Shown here in pieces: positions 18,154-27,110 of a stretch of 60,488 nt of DNA. Every line of letters starts with the position of its first letter. Position 1 is the stretch's first letter. A model generated the notes under the pieces. It was given only the letters and a program-made list of their open reading frames with translations, did not search any database and was not told the DNA's origin. Source of the DNA: a virus (Duplodnaviria; Caudoviricetes). The position numbers were made by a program, and so were the translations under genes. The stretch spans positions 1 to 60,488 of the IMG/VR virus record IMGVR_UViG_3300045256_000857; one strand, 5' to 3'.

Positions 18154-19587
18154 GTGCCCGCGCTGATCTTGCAGCGACGGTTCGCCGACGCCCAAAGGGT
18201 ACTAAGCCAGCACGAAGCCCGGAGTGAACTAGTGCAACGCTGGGACGCGATGCTCGTCTTACAGCAGGGCAACGCGCAAGCGGCAGCGGCAGGGCTCGAG
18301 CGCCTGTGGGCGGCGGGCGACGTGGATGCGACCGGGTTGCTCGCGTGCGCGCAGCGCCAACTTGGGGAGCCCCGCGCGTACCTGATGGCGGTCTCGAGCG
18401 AGGACAGCGCGCGCATGACTCCGGCGATGCGCGCCTACTACGAGCGCGAACGCGGACTGCTGCACCAGGAGCGCGAGGAGTGGCATCACGCCGCGCACTG
18501 GTTCGAGCGCGCTTGGAACACCTGCCAGCACAGCGACCTGCGCGCCTATCAACTTGCGCCCATCGGGCAGGACTTCGCGCAGATGCTCGAGCGACTGGGC
18601 GAAGACGCCCGCGCCGTGCAAGTGCTCGAGGCCTACCTGAGTGCGGCGACCGACGACCGCCGCCTCGTCGCGCTCGCGCGGCTGCACCTGTGCCTGACCC
18701 GCCTGGGTCGCCTGAGCGACGCCGCTGCGCTCGAGCCGGGCGCAGGTGTCGCCTGGGCGTATGCGCGCATGGTCTTCGAGCGTTACTCGGGACGCCCGAA
18801 CGCCGCGTTGCTGCTGGGCGCTGATCGCCTGGTCTTCCCGCCGGGCGAACACATGGCTCAAGCCGATTACCGCTGGTTCGTGTTCTACCAGGCGGTGCTG
18901 GCGACCCGCGAGCGCTCGAGCGGCGACGCCAACAACCTCTTGGCGATGACCTTCCTGCGCGACAATGCCGACACCGAGCGCGAACGCGCGTTCCTGTCCC
19001 TGCTCGAGGCGCGCGAGTGCCTGCACACGAACAACGTGAAAAGCGCCGAGTTTCGCACGTCCGAAGCCATCGCGCGCTTCGCGTATCAGCAACTCCGGCG
19101 TGAGGAAGCCTTAGCGCACCTCGTCATGGTCGAGGTCTGCGAGCGCATCGGGGAACCCTTGCGCGCTCAGCGCTCGCTCGAGCGCGCCCTCGAGATCGCC
19201 ACGCCGCGCGGCTTGGGCTTCTTTCTCGAGTGCGAAGCCCGCGCCCTGCCGCGCGCCCGCGAACTGCTGGCGCGCAGTAACCCGCGCGACTCGAGCGCCG
19301 AAGCCAACGTCATCACCGTCTACGACGAGCATCTGACCGTCAACGGCAAACCGCTCAGGCTGCGCTACAAGGGCGCGGCGCGCCTGTTCAAGTACGTCGT
19401 CGCCAACCCCGAGTTCACGATGGAAGCGGTGTGCGTTGCCCTCGAGTACTTCGACGCGAACTGGATCCATCAACTCAAGCACGCCCTGTGCCGCGAGGTT
19501 CCGGGCTTGAGCATCGAGTACGACCGCGAACAAAAGCGCTACACCACGCGCCTCGAGAACGCTGTCGTGCGCTACGCGGACGTTTGA
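18154..19587 (+). CDS. TPR-repeat protein with C-terminal winged-helix DNA-binding domain (candidate peptide receptor/regulator)
   Basis: Several TPR-like helix pairs, then LTVNGKPLRL..LFKYVVANP..IHQLKHAL..YDREQKRY; start uncertain (GTG 18154 or GTG 18004). Confidence 0.7.
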   Translation: MPALILQRRFADAQRVLSQHEARSELVQRWDAMLVLQQGNAQAAAAGLERLWAAGDVDATGLLACAQRQLGEPRAYLMAVSSEDSARMTPAMRAYYERERGLLHQEREEWHHAAHWFERAWNTCQHSDLRAYQLAPIGQDFAQMLERLGEDARAVQVLEAYLSAATDDRRLVALARLHLCLTRLGRLSDAAALEPGAGVAWAYARMVFERYSGRPNAALLLGADRLVFPPGEHMAQADYRWFVFYQAVLATRERSSGDANNLLAMTFLRDNADTERERAFLSLLEARECLHTNNVKSAEFRTSEAIARFAYQQLRREEALAHLVMVEVCERIGEPLRAQRSLERALEIATPRGLGFFLECEARALPRARELLARSNPRDSSAEANVITVYDEHLTVNGKPLRLRYKGAARLFKYVVANPEFTMEAVCVALEYFDANWIHQLKHALCREVPGLSIEYDREQKRYTTRLENAVVRYADV

Positions 19588-19626
19588 TAAGTGTCTTAGC
19601 AGGCCTATCACGGTAGAACTACGCCT

Positions 19627-20127
19627 GTGATCGTCCTGGCGTTCGACCCCGGCCCGCACAGCACCGCGTTCGCCCTCGTGCAGGGCGACGAGCGTCAGCA
19701 GCAGGTCGTGGAATCGGGCAAGGTGCTGAGCGCCGCGCCGGAGTTGAAAGCGCTGCTCGTGCGCGTGGCGACACGGGACGCGCGGCTCCTGGTCGCCGTG
19801 GAGACCGTCGCCGGGTACTTGGCGCACCCGGCTCGAGCCGCCAGCCTGTTCGAGACCGCCAGGGTCGCCGGGTTGATTCTCGGACTCGCGCATCCGTGCC
19901 CGACGTTCACCTTGCCCGCGAACGCGACCGGCAGTGCCGACTCGTGGCGCTTGCGGCTGTGCCGCAACCCCCGAGCCGGTGACGCACAGGTGCGTCGCGC
20001 GCTGACGGATCGCCGCGTGCGCGTGCGGGGTTTGAGCACGCACGAGCGGGACGCCGTGGGGCTCGGGGTGGTGACGCTGCTCTCGAGCCGCGTGATTCGC
20101 CGCCTGTACAACCTGGAGGCCGCGTGA
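19627..20127 (+). CDS. RuvC-like Holliday junction resolvase
   Basis: VLAFDPG..VAVE..HERDA catalytic pattern. Confidence 0.8.
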   Translation: MIVLAFDPGPHSTAFALVQGDERQQQVVESGKVLSAAPELKALLVRVATRDARLLVAVETVAGYLAHPARAASLFETARVAGLILGLAHPCPTFTLPANATGSADSWRLRLCRNPRAGDAQVRRALTDRRVRVRGLSTHERDAVGLGVVTLLSSRVIRRLYNLEAA

Positions 20128-20540
20128 ACGCCCCGCTCGTCACCGTCACGCGCGAGGCGAAGTTCGACGCCGCGCACTCGATCCCCGGTTATCCCGGCAA
20201 GTGCCGTGAGACCCACGGTCACACCTGGCTGCTGGCGATCAGCGTCACGGGCCCGGTGATGGACCTCGAGCCGTGGCGTGCCGAGCGCGGGATGGTCGTG
20301 GACATGGGGGCGATCAAGGACTGGCTGGCGCTGCTTACTGCCGAGCTTGACCACTCGCTCTTGAACAACGTCGTCACCTGCCCCACAACCGAGCGCGTGC
20401 TGCTCTACATCGCTGCTCGAGCGCAGGCGGAGTTGAACCCGGCGCTGCCCGACGGCTGCTGGGTTTCCAAGGTCGCCCTGTCCGAGCAGCCGTTGACCCC
20501 ACGCTTCTGGGCGGAGGTCGTGCTCGATCCGACCCGATAG
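20124..20540 (+). CDS. queD: 6-carboxytetrahydropterin synthase
   Basis: FDAAH..GKCRETHGHTW, LDHSLLN, PTTE. Confidence 0.93.
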   Translation: MNAPLVTVTREAKFDAAHSIPGYPGKCRETHGHTWLLAISVTGPVMDLEPWRAERGMVVDMGAIKDWLALLTAELDHSLLNNVVTCPTTERVLLYIAARAQAELNPALPDGCWVSKVALSEQPLTPRFWAEVVLDPTR

Positions 20541-20612
20541 CATTTCTGTGCGAGCAAAGTCTAGCGAATTGTTTACGTTTCGTGCATAATCGAAGGGAGC
20601 CGCGAAGGAACG

Positions 20613-21305
20613 ATGTCCACCTACCCCGTACACGAACTCTTTGCATCCTGGCAGGGCGAGGGCATCCACACCGGCACGCCCGCCTTCTTCGTGCGCCTGT
20701 ACGGCTGCCCGCTGCATTGCCCGTGGTGCGACGCCGCCGGGACATGGCATCCCGAACACGTGCCGCACCGCCTCGAGCGCCATAGCGCCGCCCGCCTCGC
20801 CGGACTCGCGCGAGAAAGCGGGCGCGAACTGGTCGTCGTCACCGGCGGCGAGCCGTGCATCCACGACCTGAACGACCTCGCCTACGCGCTGCGCTTCGAG
20901 GGCTTGCGCGCACACCTCGAGACCAGCGGCGCGTACCCGATTCGCGGTGAATGGGACAGCATCTGCGTCTCCCCCAAGTGGAATGTCAAACCGCTGCCCG
21001 CAAACCTCGAGCGCGCCACGGAGTGGAAGCTGATCGTCGAGGACGCCTCGAGCATCCGCGAGTGGTGGCGCGTCCTCGAACCGCACCACCGCGGTCAACC
21101 TGTGTGGTTGCAGGTGGAATGGTCGCAGCGCGGCGACCGGGCGACGTGGGACAGCATCTACACCTGGAGCGCGCAGCACCCGCGCACGTTCCGCCTCGGG
21201 TATCAGATGCACAAGGTTTGGGGCGCGAACGAACTGACCGACGCCCGCGACCCGCGCAGCGCCGCACCCGTGCCGTTGGGCGGAGACCCGAGCCGTGGTT
21301 ACTAA
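20613..21305 (+). CDS. queE: 7-carboxy-7-deazaguanine synthase (radical SAM)
   Basis: [34 protein letters not shown]. Confidence 0.93.
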   Translation: MSTYPVHELFASWQGEGIHTGTPAFFVRLYGCPLHCPWCDAAGTWHPEHVPHRLERHSAARLAGLARESGRELVVVTGGEPCIHDLNDLAYALRFEGLRAHLETSGAYPIRGEWDSICVSPKWNVKPLPANLERATEWKLIVEDASSIREWWRVLEPHHRGQPVWLQVEWSQRGDRATWDSIYTWSAQHPRTFRLGYQMHKVWGANELTDARDPRSAAPVPLGGDPSRGY

Positions 21306-21873
21306 CCCCGGTCACGACGCCGTGCGCGCCCTGCTCGTCGCCATCGGCGAGAACCCCGACCGCGAGGGCTTGCGCGATACACCCAAGCGTGTGTACAACG
21401 CCCTGCTCGAGATGACCCAGGGTGCGCGCACCGACCCCCGCGCGCACCTCGAGACCACCTTCGACCTCGCCGACGCGAATGGCGAGCACACGCGTTACGG
21501 CGACCTGATCCTCTCGAGCGCCCTGCCGTTCACCAGCCTGTGCGAACATCACCTGCTCGGCTTCTCCGGCGAAGCGCACATCGCCTACATTCCCGGTGCT
21601 GGCGGGCGCGTCGTCGGCTTGTCCAAACTCGCGCGCCTCCTGGAGGGTTACGCGCAGCGCCTCCAAGTCCAGGAGCGCCTGACCGTGCAGATCGCCGAAG
21701 CGCTCGAGCACGCCCTCGAGCCCGCCGGGGTCGCCGTGCTCATCCGCGCTCAGCACTCGTGTCAAGCGTGTCGCGGCGTGCGCAAACCTGGCGTGATGCT
21801 CACCCTTCAAACCCGTGGGCAACTGGCGACCGCCGAAGCTCGAGGCGAGTTCCTGCGCCTGTGCGGGTTTTGA
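21295..21873 (+). CDS. folE: GTP cyclohydrolase I
   Basis: [38 protein letters not shown]. Confidence 0.95.
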   Translation: MVTNPGHDAVRALLVAIGENPDREGLRDTPKRVYNALLEMTQGARTDPRAHLETTFDLADANGEHTRYGDLILSSALPFTSLCEHHLLGFSGEAHIAYIPGAGGRVVGLSKLARLLEGYAQRLQVQERLTVQIAEALEHALEPAGVAVLIRAQHSCQACRGVRKPGVMLTLQTRGQLATAEARGEFLRLCGF

Positions 21874-21886
21874 CGCGGGCAAAACG

Positions 21887-22705
21887 ATGCACGTCCACCT
21901 TGCCGACGCCGCCAAACCCGCCGTGACCATCCGCGCCGCGCGGCTCGAGCCGACCCACGCCAAGTACCTGATCTCCTACGCCTACCGCGCCGGGCTCGAG
22001 GACGGATACGGCGCGCTTATCCGTGACTTCGCCGCGCGCGGCGTGCGTGCCCGCTTGCTGCTCGACAGCGGCGCGTTTACTGCGTTCACCACCGGCAGAC
22101 GCTTTACCGTCGAAGGCTACGCGGACTGGGTGTGGACGGTCAAAGCCGCCCTGGGTACGCACCTCGAGTCACTGGAGTACCTGAACCTCGACGTGATCGG
22201 CGATCAAGCCGCGACCTGGGCGAACCAGACCGCGCTCGAGCGCCTGGGCTTGAACCCCGTGCCGATCCTCACGCACACCAGCACCGACCACGACCTCGAG
22301 CGCATTCTCGGACGCCCCTACCCGTACTTCGCCCTGGGCGGACTGGTCGCCCTGCGCGGTGACAAAGAAGCCGTGACCACCTGGCTCGACCGCGTGTACA
22401 AACGTCTGCTCGAGCACCGCCGGAAAAGCGGCACGCTCGTCAAAACGCACCTCCTGGGCTGCACCTGGCAGTGGCTGTTGATGCGCTACCCGGCGTACTC
22501 GAGTGATTCCAGCACGTGGATGCACCCGATTCGCTACGGCAAACACGCCAACTCGCGCCTGCCGTTCATCCCCAAAGCCCGCGTGGACGGCGACCTCACC
22601 CCGCAGATCCACGCGCTGCGGTGCGAAATCCAAACCGTCAAAACGCTGGAGAGCGACACCACGCGGCTGTGGGAGGCGCGCGGCATCACCTGGAGGCAGC
22701 CATGA
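21887..22705 (+). CDS. DpdA/TGT-like 7-deazaguanine DNA transglycosylase (putative)
   Basis: LLDSGAF, LDVIGD, YFALGG, HLLG, SSDSSTW; adjacent to queD/queE/folE. Confidence 0.75.
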   Translation: MHVHLADAAKPAVTIRAARLEPTHAKYLISYAYRAGLEDGYGALIRDFAARGVRARLLLDSGAFTAFTTGRRFTVEGYADWVWTVKAALGTHLESLEYLNLDVIGDQAATWANQTALERLGLNPVPILTHTSTDHDLERILGRPYPYFALGGLVALRGDKEAVTTWLDRVYKRLLEHRRKSGTLVKTHLLGCTWQWLLMRYPAYSSDSSTWMHPIRYGKHANSRLPFIPKARVDGDLTPQIHALRCEIQTVKTLESDTTRLWEARGITWRQP

Positions 22706-23502
22706 CCGATCTGAACGCGACCGCCGTCCTCACCGCGCATCACCTGCCCGTGGACCTGAACACCACTGACGAGGGCTTGCGGGTCAACATGCACGTCATC
22801 CCCCTCGCCAAAATCCACCCCAACCCGTGGAACCCGAATAAGCAGGACGACCCGACGTTCCAAGCGCTCGAGGAGAGCCTGTCCGAATTCGGTGACTTCG
22901 ACCCGATCACCGTGCGCGCTCACCCGGAACTCGAGGGCGAATACCAGATCGTGGACGGCGAGCACCGCCACCGCGCCCGCACCGCCAAGGGCTACAAGTT
23001 TGCCCTGGCAAATGTGCTGGACCTCTCCGACGACGAGGCGCGCAAGCTGACCGCCGTCACGCTCGAGGATCGCGGTAGACCCGACAAGATTCTGCTGGCG
23101 AAACTGCTCTCAGAACTGGACGACAACGGCGTGGATCTCGAGACCAGTCTGCCCTACGACCCCAGCGAACTCGAAGAACTCCTGAAGCTCGCTCAGACCG
23201 ACTGGGAAGGCGAGTACGAACGCAAGCAGGAACAAAAGGAACCCAGCGCGCCGCCCCCACCCTCCAAAGAGCCGCCCGCCGCCCCCGGCGAGTGGGTGAC
23301 GTTCACCGCGCGCATGACCTTCGAGGATCACCAGGCGTTCCTTGATGCGTACAAGCTCATCCACGACGGGACGAAGCTCAGTGACAAGGTGGAAATCGCC
23401 AACGGGCAGGTCATTCACTCGCTCGCGGCGGAGTACTTGGCGGGCGCGAATTACGCTCGAGACGAGGGCGACGAGGAAGATCGGGAAAATCCTAACGACT
23501 GA
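22702..23502 (+). CDS. ParB/Sulfiredoxin-like domain protein
   Basis: IHPNPWNPN..FGDFDPITVR..IVDGEHR. Confidence 0.85.
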   Translation: MTDLNATAVLTAHHLPVDLNTTDEGLRVNMHVIPLAKIHPNPWNPNKQDDPTFQALEESLSEFGDFDPITVRAHPELEGEYQIVDGEHRHRARTAKGYKFALANVLDLSDDEARKLTAVTLEDRGRPDKILLAKLLSELDDNGVDLETSLPYDPSELEELLKLAQTDWEGEYERKQEQKEPSAPPPPSKEPPAAPGEWVTFTARMTFEDHQAFLDAYKLIHDGTKLSDKVEIANGQVIHSLAAEYLAGANYARDEGDEEDRENPND

Positions 23503-23521
23503 ACGCGCGTGGACTTAGGAT

Positions 23522-24010
23522 TTATCCGACCTCACGCTTCAAAACGAACACGCCAGAATCGGGGATAGCCTCCTCGAGTTCACCCGGCATCGTGTCCAAT
23601 CGAAAGCGCATGTCTGCGCGGTACGCGGAGGCGCTTACCACTGGCATTGTTTGAAAGTCCACCGGAAGCCGCAAAGTGCGCCACGCCTCACGCGAGCGTT
23701 TCACGTTTTCGTCCGCCCAACGCCAGCGAGCTTCATGCCATTTACCCGTCAACCCATCGTGAGCCCACTCCCCCAGCGCTCCGAAACGCATCTCGAAATC
23801 CTCGTTGGGTAACACCACACGAATATCCCAGTCCCGAGGCCTCGAGTTGCTCGGTAAGAGCACGCTTCCGACGAGCCAGACGGGTTGACCGTAGTATCCC
23901 GCGAGCCCGTTCGCAAACTTGCGTAAACCCTCGAGATAGTCGCAGACGTGTTCAGGCAGTTCGTCTACTTCAATTTCAGGCACGGTGCTCCAGTCGTTCC
24001 GCTTGAGCAT
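23522..24010 (-). CDS. Pol-beta-like nucleotidyltransferase (putative)
   Basis: VWLVGS..RDWDIRV and a later VDFQ motif. Confidence 0.6.
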   Translation of the reverse strand: MLKRNDWSTVPEIEVDELPEHVCDYLEGLRKFANGLAGYYGQPVWLVGSVLLPSNSRPRDWDIRVVLPNEDFEMRFGALGEWAHDGLTGKWHEARWRWADENVKRSREAWRTLRLPVDFQTMPVVSASAYRADMRFRLDTMPGELEEAIPDSGVFVLKREVG

Positions 24011-24212
24011 CCAAGCGCTGACGCATCCACTGTTCCGCGTGCGCAGCACTGCCAGGCGCAGGGAATAGTGCGTCTATTTCAGTGTGCGAGATCTCGAAGC
24101 TGAAGTTGGCGGAGAGTTGCCCGTAGTCAATGGTCAGCGGCTCCGTGGAGTCTTCGACGCGGATGTCCGTCACGCCCTCGACCTCGAGCCCGTTGATAAA
24201 CAGCTTGGTCAT
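23976..24212 (-). CDS. Hypothetical protein
   Basis: MTKLFING... 78 aa. Confidence 0.5.
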   Translation of the reverse strand: MTKLFINGLEVEGVTDIRVEDSTEPLTIDYGQLSANFSFEISHTEIDALFPAPGSAAHAEQWMRQRLDAQAERLEHRA

Positions 24213-24217
24213 GGTGG

Positions 24218-24580
24218 TCAGTAGCGGTCGCCCGTGATGCCCTTGCGAATGCTCTCCGCGATTTCGCCGATCATCTTGCTTCGGAATTCTTCGCCTTGCA
24301 GCTTCAGCCAGGCTTCTTGGACAAGAGCAGCGATGGAGTCCTGCCATGCCTTGTCGTTCTCCAAATGCTCCGCGACGACCTTGTTGGCGTAGTTCGAGAT
24401 GGCGGTGTCAAACGCGACTTGCAAGGGCGAACGGTTGCCCCAACCGCTGGACTTTTGCAGCACGCTCTCGAGTGCGTATTTGAGGAGCTTTTCACGGGCT
24501 TCCTCCGTCAACGCACTGAAGATCGCTTCGTTCAACCGTGCCTGAAAATCGCCGCCCAAGCTTTGAATCGTCAATTCCAT
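24218..24580 (-). CDS. Hypothetical protein
   Basis: MELTIQSL... 120 aa after GGAG. Confidence 0.65.
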   Translation of the reverse strand: MELTIQSLGGDFQARLNEAIFSALTEEAREKLLKYALESVLQKSSGWGNRSPLQVAFDTAISNYANKVVAEHLENDKAWQDSIAALVQEAWLKLQGEEFRSKMIGEIAESIRKGITGDRY

Positions 24581-24611
24581 ACACACTCCGTTTCTTTCGT
24601 CCCCTAGTCCC

Positions 24612-24863
24612 CTAGGAATGACCAGGCAAAGCATACAGGTGCGGCGACTCGAGCACACCATCGCCGGAGCGCACGACTTTCCCTACAGCCAGCAAACGCT
24701 TCAAGGCCATGTACACCGACTCGAGTTCACAACCCATGCGATCCGCCAGCATCGGCAGGGTCAGGCCCACACCTGCTTGCTCGAGCGTTGCTAATACCGC
24801 GCTTGCTTGTATGCTTGTCGGCGGTGCGAGTGTGCCGTGTGAACTCCAATAGCTTTGGCGCAT
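24612..24863 (-). CDS. Small winged-helix DNA-binding protein
   Basis: LTLPMLADRMGCELESVYMALKRLLAVGKVVR. Confidence 0.7.
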   Translation of the reverse strand: MRQSYWSSHGTLAPPTSIQASAVLATLEQAGVGLTLPMLADRMGCELESVYMALKRLLAVGKVVRSGDGVLESPHLYALPGHS

Positions 24864-24869
24864 GAATAC

Positions 24870-24899
24870 TTCAATCCTAGGGGACTAGGGGAATATACT
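24870..24899 (+). promoter_or_regulatory. Putative promoter of the packaging operon with the CCTAGGGGACTAGGGGA motif as its spacer
   Basis: TTCAAT-N18-TATACT, 7 nt before ATG 24907. Confidence 0.6.
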
Positions 24900-24906
24900 C
24901 AACCGC

Positions 24907-25542
24907 ATGTCAGAACGCCCCCAGTGGTTCCGTCTCGAGGGCGAATCCCCGAAGGCCTACGAAGCCTTCCAGCACTACCTGTTCATGGACTCGAGCATCC
25001 GCACGATTGACCGAGCGTGGCGGGCGGCTCGAGGGCAGCAGGACAGCAGCAAACGAGCGCCCGGTGCGTGGACGGAGTGGAGCAGCCAGAACAACTGGGT
25101 GGCTCGAGCGACGGCTTACGACGATCACCTGACCGCGCAGCGCTTCATTGCCGAGCAGGATGAGATCGTTTCCAGGGCGCGCAAACTCGCGCTCGAGCGC
25201 GACGGGCACAACACGAGGATCAAAGAGTTGAGCCAAGGGCTTCTGGGCAAGGCGGAGGAGATGCTGAAGTGGCCCGTCTCGAGGAAGCGCGTCGAAGCGC
25301 AGCACGAGGACGGCAAGCCGCACATCACGATCATCGAACCCACGAAGTGGAAACCCAGCACCATCGCCAATTACATCCAAGTCGCGGATAAGGTCATCCG
25401 CTTGTCCTTGGGGATGCACACGGACGCCACTCGAGTGGACGTGAACCAAGTCATGGACGACGCCGTGCAGTACTTCCTCGGGGTCGCCGAGCGCACGCTC
25501 GAGCCAGAGGATTATGAACGTCTCGCAAACGCGCTCGAGTAA
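24907..25542 (+). CDS. Terminase small subunit
   Basis: GESPKAYEAF..WSSQNNWVARATAYD; directly upstream of TerL. Confidence 0.75.
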   Translation: MSERPQWFRLEGESPKAYEAFQHYLFMDSSIRTIDRAWRAARGQQDSSKRAPGAWTEWSSQNNWVARATAYDDHLTAQRFIAEQDEIVSRARKLALERDGHNTRIKELSQGLLGKAEEMLKWPVSRKRVEAQHEDGKPHITIIEPTKWKPSTIANYIQVADKVIRLSLGMHTDATRVDVNQVMDDAVQYFLGVAERTLEPEDYERLANALE

Positions 25543-27109
25543 CGACACGCCGGTCGCAGCGGCGTTCTCGAGGGGCGTCAAACGCAAACGCGCAGCCGCG
25601 CAGGTGGACGTGCGCCCGAACGGGTTGTACGCGTTCGTCCTCGCGTTTTGGAACGTCATCGAAGCCGAGGACTTCACGCCGGGGCGTCACCTCGAAGAGG
25701 TCTGCGCGCACCTCGAAGCCGTCTCGAGGGGCGAGATTTCACTCCTCATCATCAACATCCCGCCGGGGCACACCAAGAGCGCCCTGGTCAACGTGTTCTG
25801 GCCCGCGTGGGAATGGGCGGAGGTGGACGCCAGCCTGCGCTACCTGTGCTCGAGCCACCGCGAGGACTTGAGCATCCGCGACAGCGTGAAGATGCGCCGC
25901 CTGATCGAAAGCCCCGCGTACCGCAAGCTGTACGGCGCACGCTTCGACCTGACCGGCGATCAGAACGCCAAAACACGCTACGAGAACACCGAGAAGGGCT
26001 ACCGCCTCGTCGTCCCGATGGCTCGAGCCACCGGCGAACGCGTAGACCGCGTGCTCTTGGACGACCCGAACAGCTTGGAGAGCGTGACCAGCGGCGCGGA
26101 GCGTCAACACGTCATCACCGCGTACCGCGACGGTTTGATCCTGCGCAAAGGTAAGCGCGAGCGCTTCGCCGTCGTCATCGTCATGCAGCGCCTACACGAA
26201 GACGACCTGAGCGGTCACGTGCTTGCCAAAGACCCCAAAGCGGTCCACGTCTGCCTGCCGGAGAAGTTCGACCCCGCGCACCCGCGCCCGTACAAAACCG
26301 CGTGGGGCGCGGAATGGCGCACCGAACCCGGCGCGCTGCTGTGGCCCGAACGCAACACCCTCGAGGATGTCAACGCGGAAAACGCGATCATGAGCAGCTT
26401 CGCCGTTGCCGGGCAGAAGCAGCAGAACCCCGCGCCGCTCGAGGGCGGCGTCTTCGCCCGCGCGAAACTCCGGTACTGGGTTCCCAGGGACCGCCCCGAC
26501 CTCGCGCGCAAACCTGTGCGCCTGCCCGACGGCACGGACGTTCTGCCCGAAGTCATCCCGTTCACGCTCGAGGAAATCCGGCGCGGGCTGGGCTTCGACG
26601 TGCAACTCCAGTCCTGGGACATGGCGGAAAAGGACAAGATCACCAGCGCCTACACCGTGGGACAGGTGTGGGGCGCGGAAGGCGCGAACCGCTACCTTTT
26701 GCACCTCGAGCGGGGCCGCTGGGCGTACAGCGTCATCCTCGAGCGCATCGCCGCTTTCACCACGCTTTTCCCAGCGGCGACCGCCAAGTACATCGAAGAG
26801 AAAGCCCTGGGCATCGTCGCCGTGCAGCAACTCCGCGACCACCTCACCGGCATCATCGGCATTGAACCCGACGGCAGCAAACTCGCCCGCGCTTACGCCG
26901 TGGAACCCGTCGTCACCGCCGAACAAGTCTACCTGCCGCACCCCGACCTGTTCCCGTGGGTCGAAGACTTCATCCTCGAGATGACCACCTTCCCGGCGAG
27001 CACCTACGCCGATCAGGTGGACACCGCCACGCAAGCCCTGCGCGTCCTCTTGCAACATTCCGGGGACGCCGACAGTGACCGCATCATCGGCAACCGCCGC
27101 AGGAGGTAG
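25514..27109 (+). CDS. Terminase large subunit
   Basis: INIPPGHTKS, LLDDP, VMQRLHEDDL, QSWD, IEEKA, DQVD. Confidence 0.93.
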   Translation: MNVSQTRSSNDTPVAAAFSRGVKRKRAAAQVDVRPNGLYAFVLAFWNVIEAEDFTPGRHLEEVCAHLEAVSRGEISLLIINIPPGHTKSALVNVFWPAWEWAEVDASLRYLCSSHREDLSIRDSVKMRRLIESPAYRKLYGARFDLTGDQNAKTRYENTEKGYRLVVPMARATGERVDRVLLDDPNSLESVTSGAERQHVITAYRDGLILRKGKRERFAVVIVMQRLHEDDLSGHVLAKDPKAVHVCLPEKFDPAHPRPYKTAWGAEWRTEPGALLWPERNTLEDVNAENAIMSSFAVAGQKQQNPAPLEGGVFARAKLRYWVPRDRPDLARKPVRLPDGTDVLPEVIPFTLEEIRRGLGFDVQLQSWDMAEKDKITSAYTVGQVWGAEGANRYLLHLERGRWAYSVILERIAAFTTLFPAATAKYIEEKALGIVAVQQLRDHLTGIIGIEPDGSKLARAYAVEPVVTAEQVYLPHPDLFPWVEDFILEMTTFPASTYADQVDTATQALRVLLQHSGDADSDRIIGNRRRR

Positions 27110-27110
27110 A

